From a bacterium BMS3Abin06 (GTDB taxonomy: Bacteria; Nitrospirota; Thermodesulfovibrionia; UBA6902), in contig BDSY01000037.1 of assembly GCA_002897895.1 (NCBI GenBank), positions 7,306 through 71,305 of the forward strand: a stretch of DNA of 64,000 bases. The letters run 5' to 3'. Positions 11,014 to 19,658 of this stretch are shown here, one piece after another. A model generated the notes under the pieces. That model searched no databases, was not told the origin of the DNA, and saw only the letters and a list, made by a program, of their open reading frames with translations. The translations under genes were made by a program, and so were the position numbers. Position 1 is the first letter of the stretch; the number at the start of each line of letters is the position of its first letter.

Positions 11014-13015
11014 ATTTATAAGTCTGGTAATAAGCGTAAGGCGCTACTGCCCTGGTTTTAAGGTTGATCTGATTCAGAACCACTCCCGAGATATCGGCGC
11101 CCACTGATTCTAACTGGATTTTAGCCCGCAAAAGGGCATTCCTGGAGATCCTGCCAATCTCATAACATAGAACAACACTATCTACCCTGGAAGCTAAAAG
11201 GCTGGCATCAGTTACCGGGAGCACAGGGGGCGAATCAAAGAAAATAATATCAAATCTTTCCTTCAGCTCTTCCATCAAGTCTGTCCACATTTTGGATTCC
11301 AGAATTTCCGCAGGATTAACAGGCAAATCTCCGCTGGGAAGAATCCATATATTTTCAATTCCGGGAGGCTTTTTTGTTATTTCGTCGAGTCCCATATCTC
11401 CCAATATAAAATCCGATATATTCCTGAGGGCATCTTCCAGGCTTACAGATCCTGATATAAGTTCAGTCAGTCCCGGCTTTTTCTTTGTGCCGAATGTCCT
11501 GGCAATTACCGGTCGTCTTAAGTCAGAAGAAACCAGAAGTGTTTTTGCGCCTGTCTGAGCCACAGCTAAACCCAGATTTGTCATAAGTGTGGTCTTGCCC
11601 TCCTCTGGCCCTGCGCTGGTCAGGAGAATTGTCTTTTTAGACGGGCCAAGTTTAAGATTGGTCCGAATATTACGACAGGCTTCAGCTACAGAAGATTTGG
11701 GCTGATGATGGACAATCAATCGCATATATGCCTCCTCAGCCTTTTTCCTGCTGATGTGTGAAATTTTCTCCCTGTATTTAACTTCTTTTTTATTAAGTTC
11801 GCTCCGTGCAGAAGGAACCACTCCCAAAACCGGCAATTTGACTACATTTTCTATATCTTCAATAGTCCCGAGAGAGGTATCCAGTGCTTCAAATACAAAA
11901 GCAAGGGCAATACCCAGCAACAATCCCATTATCCCCCCTATAAACACATTCATTTTCCCCTGTGTATCTATAGGTGAGGCGGGCATAACTGCAGGGTCAA
12001 CTATGGAAATATCTCCAACTTTCTGCGCCTCTGTAATACGCGCCTCCTCAAGTTTTTCCTTAAACATCATGAAGAGTTTTTTGTTGACTTCAACCTCACG
12101 AGCTAATCTGCCATATTCCAGCTTTTGTTCGGAAAGACTTTTCCTTCGCGCCTCTAAATCTTTGCTTTGTTTCTCCTGCTGCGCCTTTAAATCTTTGATC
12201 TGTTTTTCCTGTTTTGCCTCTAAATCCTTAACCTGCTTTTCATGCTTCGTTTCCAGATTTTTTATCTCTTTCTTAAGCCGCACTATCCGGGGATGTTTAT
12301 CAGTATATCTCTGAAGGAGGGCAACTAATTCAAATTTTAAATCTACTAATTTTTTCTGAATCGGTTCGAGCAACCTCATATTCATTACTTCATCTGTTTC
12401 ATTAACTTTTTTAATTTCATCCGCTTTGTCCATTTTTTCTTCAAATTTGCTCAGACGATCTTCTGCCTTTTCCAGCCTGCTTCCTAATATTGATAATTGC
12501 TCTTCAATAAACCGGCGGGCGCTGCGGGCCTGCCTGGTCTTTTCCAATAAGTTTTCTTCCACATAAACAGAAGCTGCAGCCTCGGCTAAATCCCTTGCCT
12601 CTTTGGCGCTGCTTGCAGAGGCAGTGATTCTGATAATATTAGTTCGTTCGATTCTCTCGGTTTCTATGCTGTTCTGTAAGTTATTTACTACTTTGTGAAT
12701 CTCCGGGGTGGGAGTCTTATCATTTATTATTCTCAGACGCAAGGCCACCTTTTTCATAATTGGAAATCCCCTGATTATCCTGGTCTGCGATTCCATTACA
12801 TTGCCGGGACTACTTATAATCCACTCTGTAAGCAATCCGGCTATGGTCTTGCGCTCTTCTATTTTGACTGTAGTGGAAGCTTTGTATATCAGGGGAGGCT
12901 GGGTAGAAAGGAATGCACTGCCAATAGTTACAAGAAGAAAGGTTATAATTATGGTAAATTTCCTCTTGTGAAAAATCCTTAAATAATCCCTTAAATTTAA
13001 TTCATATTGCGGCAA
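10952..13015 (-). CDS. wzc: polysaccharide co-polymerase fused to a BY-kinase (Wzc / GumC-like tyrosine autokinase)
   Basis: N-terminal Wzz domain with a transmembrane segment, then a long coiled coil (repeated KDLEAKQEKQIKDLKAQQEKQSKDLE). Walker A LTSAGPEEGKTT. Tyr-rich C-terminal tail YAYYQTYKYGYEDK. Confidence 0.75.
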   Translation of the reverse strand: MPQYELNLRDYLRIFHKRKFTIIITFLLVTIGSAFLSTQPPLIYKASTTVKIEERKTIAGLLTEWIISSPGNVMESQTRIIRGFPIMKKVALRLRIINDKTPTPEIHKVVNNLQNSIETERIERTNIIRITASASSAKEARDLAEAAASVYVEENLLEKTRQARSARRFIEEQLSILGSRLEKAEDRLSKFEEKMDKADEIKKVNETDEVMNMRLLEPIQKKLVDLKFELVALLQRYTDKHPRIVRLKKEIKNLETKHEKQVKDLEAKQEKQIKDLKAQQEKQSKDLEARRKSLSEQKLEYGRLAREVEVNKKLFMMFKEKLEEARITEAQKVGDISIVDPAVMPASPIDTQGKMNVFIGGIMGLLLGIALAFVFEALDTSLGTIEDIENVVKLPVLGVVPSARSELNKKEVKYREKISHISRKKAEEAYMRLIVHHQPKSSVAEACRNIRTNLKLGPSKKTILLTSAGPEEGKTTLMTNLGLAVAQTGAKTLLVSSDLRRPVIARTFGTKKKPGLTELISGSVSLEDALRNISDFILGDMGLDEITKKPPGIENIWILPSGDLPVNPAEILESKMWTDLMEELKERFDIIFFDSPPVLPVTDASLLASRVDSVVLCYEIGRISRNALLRAKIQLESVGADISGVVLNQINLKTRAVAPYAYYQTYKYGYEDKPGKKQEAGTEPEEV

Positions 13016-13027
13016 TAAGCTCCTCCC

Positions 13028-13861
13028 TTAATCCAGGGTCTCCAACCCATGCAATGTCCAAACCCCCTTGGCTATAGGAGAAAGTATCTGGTCAACATAA
13101 TAATTCACATCTGCAATGAATTTCTTGGGAACGTAAACCATATCCTCTGATTGCAGGGTAATATTTTGACTCATGTCGGTTTTATTTATGGCGCGGCTTA
13201 AGTCAAGCCTCATACCTTCAGGGGTCTGAAGTCCACCCCTGACAAGTATAACGCTGGAGGGAACGGCATGCGGCGTAAAGCCATTTGCCAGGGCAATAGA
13301 CTCTAATACGGTTCTTTTTCCACTAACAGAGTAAACCCCCGGCTCATTTACTTCCCCTAAAACAATGACCTTTTTACCTCCCATCTTTCTAAGTGAGATG
13401 GAAACTATAGGGTACCTGATATATTCGCTGAGTCTCTTGCTGAGTTCCTCCCTCAATTGATCAAAGGTCAAACAGAAAGCAGGCACTTCTCCGGCTAAAG
13501 GAAAAGATATTTTTCCATCAGGACGAACAATTACCTCCTGTCTGAGATCGGCTTCTTCCCACACAGATATATACAGCACATCTCCCATATCAATGGTATA
13601 GTCCGGAAACCCGGATTCCCCCTTGACGATAGTGGCTGTTTTCGCTTTTGCTTCCTCTGCATCACCGGCAAGTGTTTGAGTTACAAATAATGTTGTTATT
13701 AACAAAAAAACGGGAAGGACAATCATTGCCCAATTGGAAGGGAGTCTACATCCAAATCCAATTAGAGATTTATCTCTGAACGGGGCGAACTTCTTAACGG
13801 GGTTTGTAATATTTTCTTTGAAATTTTCCACTTCTCCCCCTACAATTTTGAAGTGATTCAT
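13028..13861 (-). CDS. wza: polysaccharide export protein Wza (Poly_export + SLBB)
   Basis: N-terminal transmembrane/signal segment. DVLYISVWEEADL and GEVNEPGVY motifs typical of Wza/KpsD periplasmic exporters. Confidence 0.7.
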   Translation of the reverse strand: MNHFKIVGGEVENFKENITNPVKKFAPFRDKSLIGFGCRLPSNWAMIVLPVFLLITTLFVTQTLAGDAEEAKAKTATIVKGESGFPDYTIDMGDVLYISVWEEADLRQEVIVRPDGKISFPLAGEVPAFCLTFDQLREELSKRLSEYIRYPIVSISLRKMGGKKVIVLGEVNEPGVYSVSGKRTVLESIALANGFTPHAVPSSVILVRGGLQTPEGMRLDLSRAINKTDMSQNITLQSEDMVYVPKKFIADVNYYVDQILSPIAKGVWTLHGLETLD

Positions 13862-13887
13862 TCTAACCTAAAATTGAGCGATTATTA

Positions 13888-14796
13888 TTGTATAATAGCT
13901 ACTTAAGCTTTTATTTCATGGTATATTATCAAGAAACGGAACAAATTAATCAAGTGAAATATATATTAGAAGTAGATGGACTGAGCAAGGATTTTATCCC
14001 TCCTCTCTCTTTCAGAAAATTGATCGGGCTTGATTTCAGGCACAGAAGGCAGACCAGGGCGCTTGAGGATGTTTCATTTTCCCTTAAGAAGGGAAAGATA
14101 CTTGGTGTTCTCGGGCCTAACGGAGCGGGAAAGACCACCCTTTTAAAGATATTAGCTACCCTCATACTCCCGGATAAAGGCAGCGTGCTTATAAACGGCT
14201 GGAGCGTCGGCATTGATGACAACAAAATCAAATCCCTTATCGGGTTGGTCTCCTCACAGGAGAGGAGCTTTTACTGGCGGCTTACCGGGAGGCAGAATCT
14301 TGAATTTTTCGCGCTTATGTATGATCTGGAAAATCCGGGAAACAAAATTGAAGAATTGTTTGACCTCTTTGAGATAGATTACCAGGACAACCGCTTTGAT
14401 TCTTACTCCACTGGAATGAAACAGAAATTCGCCTTAATGAGAGGGCTGCTCAATGATCCGGGGCTTCTGCTTTTAGATGAACCGACCAGAAGTCTGGATT
14501 ACACAACATCCCTGAATTTCAGGAATTTCATAAAAGAGAACCTGGTCCTGGAAAAAGGAAAGACGGTTGTCTTCACCTCCCACAACATGGATGAGGCCAT
14601 GCATTTTTGTGACATATTTATGATACTGCATAAAGGGAGGCTTTATGCCATGGGGACACTGGATGAACTGCGAAAAAAGATAAATAATCAAACTGCGTCA
14701 CTGGGTGAGATATTTGTAAAATTGACTGAAGGGGAAAGCTTGACAAGAAGTCAGAAGTCAGAAGTCAGGAGTCAGAAGAAAAAGAGAAAAAACTAA
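13888..14796 (+). CDS. ABC transporter ATP-binding protein
   Basis: Walker A GPNGAGKTT, signature YSTGMKQK, Walker B LLLLDEPT. The C-terminal tail is encoded by tandem AGTCAGA heptamers. Confidence 0.8.
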   Translation: MYNSYLSFYFMVYYQETEQINQVKYILEVDGLSKDFIPPLSFRKLIGLDFRHRRQTRALEDVSFSLKKGKILGVLGPNGAGKTTLLKILATLILPDKGSVLINGWSVGIDDNKIKSLIGLVSSQERSFYWRLTGRQNLEFFALMYDLENPGNKIEELFDLFEIDYQDNRFDSYSTGMKQKFALMRGLLNDPGLLLLDEPTRSLDYTTSLNFRNFIKENLVLEKGKTVVFTSHNMDEAMHFCDIFMILHKGRLYAMGTLDELRKKINNQTASLGEIFVKLTEGESLTRSQKSEVRSQKKKRKN

Positions 14797-14930
14797 ACAG
14801 TTTCAAGTTCCAAAGCAATTCTGGATTCTGGATTCTGACTCCTGGCTTCTTTATCGGATATCTTAATAATACCCTGTGAACTATTACAAAATAATTTGGC
14901 CCTTAGTGACTTTATGGCGGAGCAGTTTTT

Positions 14931-15737
14931 ATGTTGAAAAAACCATTGGCTTTTGTAAAAAAAGATTTTCTGGCCGAATCCAGCTATAAGCTCTCTTTTA
15001 TATTCAGGATTTTTTCTGTTCTGACAAGTATCCTGAGTTATTATTTCATTGATAAGCTCTTCGGCAGCAGAATGGTCGGATATCTGGAAGAATTCGGAGT
15101 AAATTACTTCTCATATGTGCTTCTGAGCACGGCCTTTTTCAGTTATGTAGGGGTGGGGTTAGGATCTTTCTCCGGCAGGATCCGCTCTGAACAAGTACAG
15201 GGAACACTCGAAGCCCTGCTCATGACTCCCACAAAGATTTCGACTATTTTATTCTCCATGTCCCTCTGGAATCTGCTCTTTGCAACCCTGAATATGGTCA
15301 TCTATCTTATGGCGGGTAAATATTTATTCAAGATCAGCTTTGACAATATAAATATATTATCCACCTTTGTGATATTGATTCTGACTATTCTCTCTTTCAG
15401 CAGCCTGGGGATACTTTCGGCAAGTTTCATTATAGTATTTAAACGCGGGAATCCTGTGGGCTGGGTAATAAGCAGTCTTGAGGGGCTAATCGGAGGAGTT
15501 TATTTCCCCATTACCGTCCTGCCGGTATGGCTGCAATTTCTGGCGAAATTTTTCCCTATCACTTATGCTATCAGGGCCATTCAGCTGGCGGTTTATAAGA
15601 ATTACTCCCTCACACAACTCACAAAGGAGACAGGATTTCTGCTGCTATTTTCTATCTTACTCCTTCCTTTAAGCCTTTTCTCATTTAAATATGCCCTCAA
15701 AAAAGCCCGCCGGCATGGAAGTCTTGTTCAGTATTAA
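14931..15737 (+). CDS. ABC-2 type transporter permease
   Basis: 268 aa, about 6 membrane helices, immediately after the ATPase. Confidence 0.7.
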   Translation: MLKKPLAFVKKDFLAESSYKLSFIFRIFSVLTSILSYYFIDKLFGSRMVGYLEEFGVNYFSYVLLSTAFFSYVGVGLGSFSGRIRSEQVQGTLEALLMTPTKISTILFSMSLWNLLFATLNMVIYLMAGKYLFKISFDNINILSTFVILILTILSFSSLGILSASFIIVFKRGNPVGWVISSLEGLIGGVYFPITVLPVWLQFLAKFFPITYAIRAIQLAVYKNYSLTQLTKETGFLLLFSILLLPLSLFSFKYALKKARRHGSLVQY

Positions 15738-16873
15738 AAAAAATTTCTGACTATTCTCCGGTAATAATGAAAAGCATTTATGTTAGACAAAGGAAGAGCA
15801 AAATTATGCCCCATTACATAAGGCGAGGGGAAAAGTGTCCTGCCCATAAAACTTAATTTACTGAAGAAACCTTTCTCCATGGAAAGATAAATAAGATAAG
15901 ACAGCCAATAATGTCTTACACCTTTACGCATAAAGAGGGAAAATATCCTGTCTGAAAGGCTGAACCCGGCGGGTTTTAATCTTTCCAGTTCGGGGATTTC
16001 AAAATTCAACAAGTTAGAGGCAAAAGAGAGGGAATAAAACAAGACCGGGGATAAATTAAATCTTTCTGCCTCCCCGACAACTAACTCATAGTCAAGCCTC
16101 TCTTTATAGTGTCTTAAGGTTTCTAAAATGTCGGCAAGTAAAATCAGCCTGTCAAAGGAGTGAGTAAGGCTGTGCTGGGATAAATAAATCAAAAGATGCT
16201 CCGGAGCTAAAGTCAATGCCTCAATTCCACCTATCCTCGTTGCCCGGGCACATGACCAGATTCTTTCCATATCAATTTTATTTACAAGAGAATCCAATGG
16301 CCAGGTGGTATTAATAAGATGCCAGTGAAGATGGACCACAGCGCCGGGGGTTTTTTTTAGATAAACAAGTGAATTTACAGGGGAAGGCGGAGCAATACTC
16401 AGAGCATCCCGGTGGTTTGTGGTTGCAAGAAATCCTGAGCTCTTCAGGATTTTATCGACTTCAGAAAGATCATCTTTCCTTACAAGAATATCAATATCTC
16501 CTATCGGCCTAAAGGCGATATTTTTATAAATATTTTCAGCCAGAAAAATTCCTTTAAGGACAATCGCCTTTATATTTTCTTCATTAAAGATTTTAAGTAT
16601 CTTTTTTGTCTCCCCGCTGATTATCATATTTCTGGCAGAGTTTCTGTGATAGTAATTTCTTAATTGCTCTAAATATTGGGAGGGGACATAGGCCTTGAAT
16701 TCAGAGTTGTTTAAATGATAATAGACCAGACAGGAAACCCCTTCATTCCAGGACTTTTCAAGAATATAATCCCAGTCCGGACGGGTTTTTAATAATTCCT
16801 CTATCCGGCTTATCTCATACTTATCCGGATTAAGCCGGGAAAAAAGAAAAATCAGCCTGTCTTCCTTTCGCAT
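15734..16873 (-). CDS. nucleotidyltransferase-family protein (NTP_transf_5-like), accessory gene of the RiPP cluster
   Basis: Probable start is the internal Met MRKEDRLIFLF, which abuts the upstream stop. DIDILV and HLHWHL motifs fit the uncharacterised nucleotidyltransferases common in RiPP loci. Confidence 0.5.
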   Translation of the reverse strand: MRKEDRLIFLFSRLNPDKYEISRIEELLKTRPDWDYILEKSWNEGVSCLVYYHLNNSEFKAYVPSQYLEQLRNYYHRNSARNMIISGETKKILKIFNEENIKAIVLKGIFLAENIYKNIAFRPIGDIDILVRKDDLSEVDKILKSSGFLATTNHRDALSIAPPSPVNSLVYLKKTPGAVVHLHWHLINTTWPLDSLVNKIDMERIWSCARATRIGGIEALTLAPEHLLIYLSQHSLTHSFDRLILLADILETLRHYKERLDYELVVGEAERFNLSPVLFYSLSFASNLLNFEIPELERLKPAGFSLSDRIFSLFMRKGVRHYWLSYLIYLSMEKGFFSKLSFMGRTLFPSPYVMGHNFALPLSNINAFHYYRRIVRNFF

Positions 16874-16875
16874 AT

Positions 16876-17502
16876 TCACCTGTGGCCTGGTGTCCTGGAG
16901 GCTGAAGGGAGGGATGCCTCGTTTACAAACAACCGGAAAGGCCGTTGGATTGCCCATTGGCTCCTGCCGGGCATCAGCCTGCCGATTACACGCCGTCCCA
17001 TAATCAAATGAAATTCCGTTCCGGCAGGCCGGTCAAAACAAAGAACGCGGGTTTGCATCCATGCGGGAAGCCATCGTCTGAGGACGTGTGTTTGAGCCAG
17101 CCTGTGATAGAGGGGGTGGAGCAAAGAGGATATTTTTAAATCTATCATACGGATGGCCCTGATTCCCGATGAGTATAACCGGCCCCTCACCCCCCCGTAA
17201 ATCAACCGCTGCCTGTTTCCCCGCTGCGCCCGGATAACACGCCCGACAATGCTCTCAGGTCTGAGAATCCACGGGTCAATATATCTACTTCTGTCCCCCT
17301 GGGTTCTGATCCCTGTAGCATCAACAGAGATAACCCGGTGGACAACCATTCGGTTGCTCTCAGGAGAGGGGAAAACAATCACATCTCCACATTGAATTTT
17401 TTTTCCATTGCAAGGTAATACATGGAGTATATCAGAAGCCTTCAGAGCAGGGTTCATGCTTGACCCTACGCAGACTATGGTTTTACAGGTATCACCGCTC
17501 AT
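16876..17502 (-). CDS. S24/S26-family (signal-peptidase-like) serine peptidase, candidate leader peptidase
   Basis: VCVGSSMNPAL matches the GDSMxP catalytic-Ser motif. A beta-rich core is followed by a basic C-terminal extension. Confidence 0.5.
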   Translation of the reverse strand: MSGDTCKTIVCVGSSMNPALKASDILHVLPCNGKKIQCGDVIVFPSPESNRMVVHRVISVDATGIRTQGDRSRYIDPWILRPESIVGRVIRAQRGNRQRLIYGGVRGRLYSSGIRAIRMIDLKISSLLHPLYHRLAQTHVLRRWLPAWMQTRVLCFDRPAGTEFHLIMGRRVIGRLMPGRSQWAIQRPFRLFVNEASLPSASRTPGHR

Positions 17503-17503
17503 A

Positions 17504-18391
17504 CTAAAGAACCTTCTCAATCTCATCCCTGAACCGTCCGTCACGACTTAAGCGAAGGATATATGCAGGAACAGCTCTTGCCAATTTGCAGGCATTGTCA
17601 AAAATTTTCTTCTTAATCTCGCCCTCTTCCTCAGCGTTCAGATTCCTCCAGATAGGACGACACACTTCTGTAGATGAACGATTGATAAATACCGCAGCCT
17701 GTCCCTGACCTATGGGAACTGCTTCCTCGGATTCTGCCTGTTCTATAAAAAATATTGCAGTGAGAGGAGCGCATCGCTCAACATTCCATCTCCGCTCCGA
17801 CTGCTGCCAGAGATAATCACTCCATGTGGGAATGGGATGGGCCAGATAGCCTTTGCGATCATCTCGGACAATGAGGCTCTGATCATCGCTCAGGGCATGC
17901 CACGAACGGGGAAGTCGCCGGCATAAGGTAGATTTCCCGGAACCTCCCGGACCGGCTATTAAAATACCCTTCCCGTCTATCTCAATAAGCGCTGCATGAA
18001 CCGGAAGCCCTCCTGAGTCCATCATTTGTAAATAGATGATATACAGTGATGTCCACATCCTTACGATATCTAATTCGTGACTGCACTCATCCCCGATTTC
18101 ACAGATGATGTCGGACACTGTCCGGTGGGACCAGAACCGGAGTGCCCGGAAATCATGAGACTTCCACCCGCTTTCCGGAAAGTTCTCATCTATCTCCGGA
18201 AACCCGTCTTTTCCCGCCCCCCTCCGGACGAAAAAAATCCCCGGACAATTGCTGCGCCTGTCCCGTCCATTAGCCTTCAGTTCCATAATCGCGGCAAACT
18301 TCTCCACCCACGATATAGTATCAAGGGTGGACTTGATGAGCCGGCCACTGCCGTTGCCCAGTTTTAACATGTAGGCGGGTTTGGTCATCAT
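17504..18391 (-). CDS. HPr-kinase C-terminal-domain-related protein (ScmC-like)
   Basis: P-loop GILIAGPGGSGKST in an HprK-like context. It sits next to two radical SAM/SPASM genes and a PqqD gene, as the SynChlorMet cassette protein ScmC does. Confidence 0.6.
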   Translation of the reverse strand: MMTKPAYMLKLGNGSGRLIKSTLDTISWVEKFAAIMELKANGRDRRSNCPGIFFVRRGAGKDGFPEIDENFPESGWKSHDFRALRFWSHRTVSDIICEIGDECSHELDIVRMWTSLYIIYLQMMDSGGLPVHAALIEIDGKGILIAGPGGSGKSTLCRRLPRSWHALSDDQSLIVRDDRKGYLAHPIPTWSDYLWQQSERRWNVERCAPLTAIFFIEQAESEEAVPIGQGQAAVFINRSSTEVCRPIWRNLNAEEEGEIKKKIFDNACKLARAVPAYILRLSRDGRFRDEIEKVL

Positions 18392-18404
18392 TTATATCTT
18401 AACC

Positions 18405-18794
18405 CTATTTCAATGGAAGCCCGAGGATTTGGCATTCTGCTTCTTTTAGCACCTCTGTCAGAGAGGGCGCTATTGAGTCGTATACTTTGTTTTCTATGTG
18501 TTTATGGTGAGGAAAAGAAGAAACAGATTTGTGATGGGGGGCATTATCGTATCGAAATATCTCCTGATCTTTGGAGTTCATAAATTGATACCTGTACTTT
18601 TCTCTGCTGACTGCCGTATTACTATATCTTAGAAACTCAAAAACAGAAAGTTTAGAGCCGTTTTGAAATAACACGAGAACCTCAATGTAACCTGTTGTTG
18701 AACTGGTCAGGGTTAATTGGAATTGATGGCTGATTACTACAGGGGATTTTGTCAGTGCAAGTTCAATATCCGCGGCGTATCGGCTAACCAACAA
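18405..18794 (-). CDS. hypothetical His-motif protein (HHK...HHKH), possible toxin-like partner of the upstream small gene
   Basis: 129 aa. Overlaps the upstream 83-aa ORF by 11 bp. Flanked by the direct repeat described in the findings. Confidence 0.4.
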   Translation of the reverse strand: MLVSRYAADIELALTKSPVVISHQFQLTLTSSTTGYIEVLVLFQNGSKLSVFEFLRYSNTAVSREKYRYQFMNSKDQEIFRYDNAPHHKSVSSFPHHKHIENKVYDSIAPSLTEVLKEAECQILGLPLK

Positions 18795-19035
18795 GAACCT
18801 CTTCTAATGCCCTTTTTGTGGATTTCCAGTCGGCTAATCCCTGAGCCACGGCATACCATTTAAAAAAAACCTCATCATCCCCTGCCAAACCATTGTCAAA
18901 TCTTTGAAGAAACTCATCAGTTGTCCAGTGATACTGTTCCTCAAACTCTTTACATAAGCTTTCCAGGTGGTCTATGGCAAAGATGCACGTTTCCTTTTCC
19001 CTCTCAAGAGAGCGTATTACCTCTGCTTTTATCAT
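18784..19035 (-). CDS. hypothetical small protein, possible antitoxin-like
   Basis: 83 aa, acidic and helical, translationally coupled to the 129-aa ORF. Confidence 0.35.
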   Translation of the reverse strand: MIKAEVIRSLEREKETCIFAIDHLESLCKEFEEQYHWTTDEFLQRFDNGLAGDDEVFFKWYAVAQGLADWKSTKRALEEVLVG

Positions 19036-19076
19036 CCTTCACCCCCTGTCTGTGATTATCTGATGTACAAAGTATA

Positions 19077-19379
19077 TCATCTGTGATATTTAAAAATAAA
19101 GGAAAAATCTTCTATCTCTTTGCCGGTTAAAAAGGGCGGTTTGCTCAGGAAACTGCGACTTTCTGCACGCCAATAATATCTGTTTTGGAAGATTCTTCGC
19201 CATATATTTTCAGGCAAAGTAGCAGCAAACTTCTCCACCCACGATATAGTATCAGGGGTGGATTTGATAAGCCGGCCACTGCCGTTGCCCAGTTTTAACA
19301 TGTATGCAGTTTTGGTCATTTTGTCTGCTATCCCCGGTTTTTGAGCGCGCCGATCATGTTCAATCATCAAGCAACCCAA
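19077..19379 (-). pseudogene. duplicated 5' fragment of the ScmC-like gene
   Basis: MTKTAYMLKLGNGSGRLIKSTPDTISWVEKFAA is nearly identical to the N-terminus of the 17504..18391 product. The DNA repeat is about 19219..19320 versus 18283..18388, roughly 92% identical. Sequence diverges after the repeat. Confidence 0.55.
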
Positions 19380-19423
19380 GATTTCCCATTACTTGCCACA
19401 GTAACTTGGCTTCCAACGCCTCA

Positions 19424-19627
19424 TTATTCATAACTTGCAGCAGTAATTCCAACAGACTCACACACACCTGCAGTGGCACTCGTGCCGTTTGTTATACAGT
19501 CAGCGCTGGCAGTACCCCCTGCCTGACAGTTATTACTGGCAGCGCTACCGCTCAGACAGTCCGCCCCCTCAGCCGACCATTCCTCTTTGCCTGATAATAC
19601 TACCAAGCAAGGCTTTTCATATTTCAT
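19424..19627 (-). CDS. candidate RiPP precursor peptide
   Basis: 67 aa with a charged leader MKYEKPCLVVLSGKEEW. The core is rich in Cys, Ser, Ala, Gly and Thr, with repeated A-D-C motifs (GADCLSG, SADCITNG, AGVCESVG). Same strand, immediately downstream of the two SPASM maturases. Confidence 0.55.
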   Translation of the reverse strand: MKYEKPCLVVLSGKEEWSAEGADCLSGSAASNNCQAGGTASADCITNGTSATAGVCESVGITAASYE

Positions 19628-19658
19628 ATTATCTCCTCCATATAAGCAAAATCATCCC

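Noticed and set aside
11754-12314. 186-aa plus-strand ORF inside wzc
   Set aside because: It is antisense to the coiled-coil region of Wzc, and its repetitive composition mirrors the KDLEAKQEK repeats.
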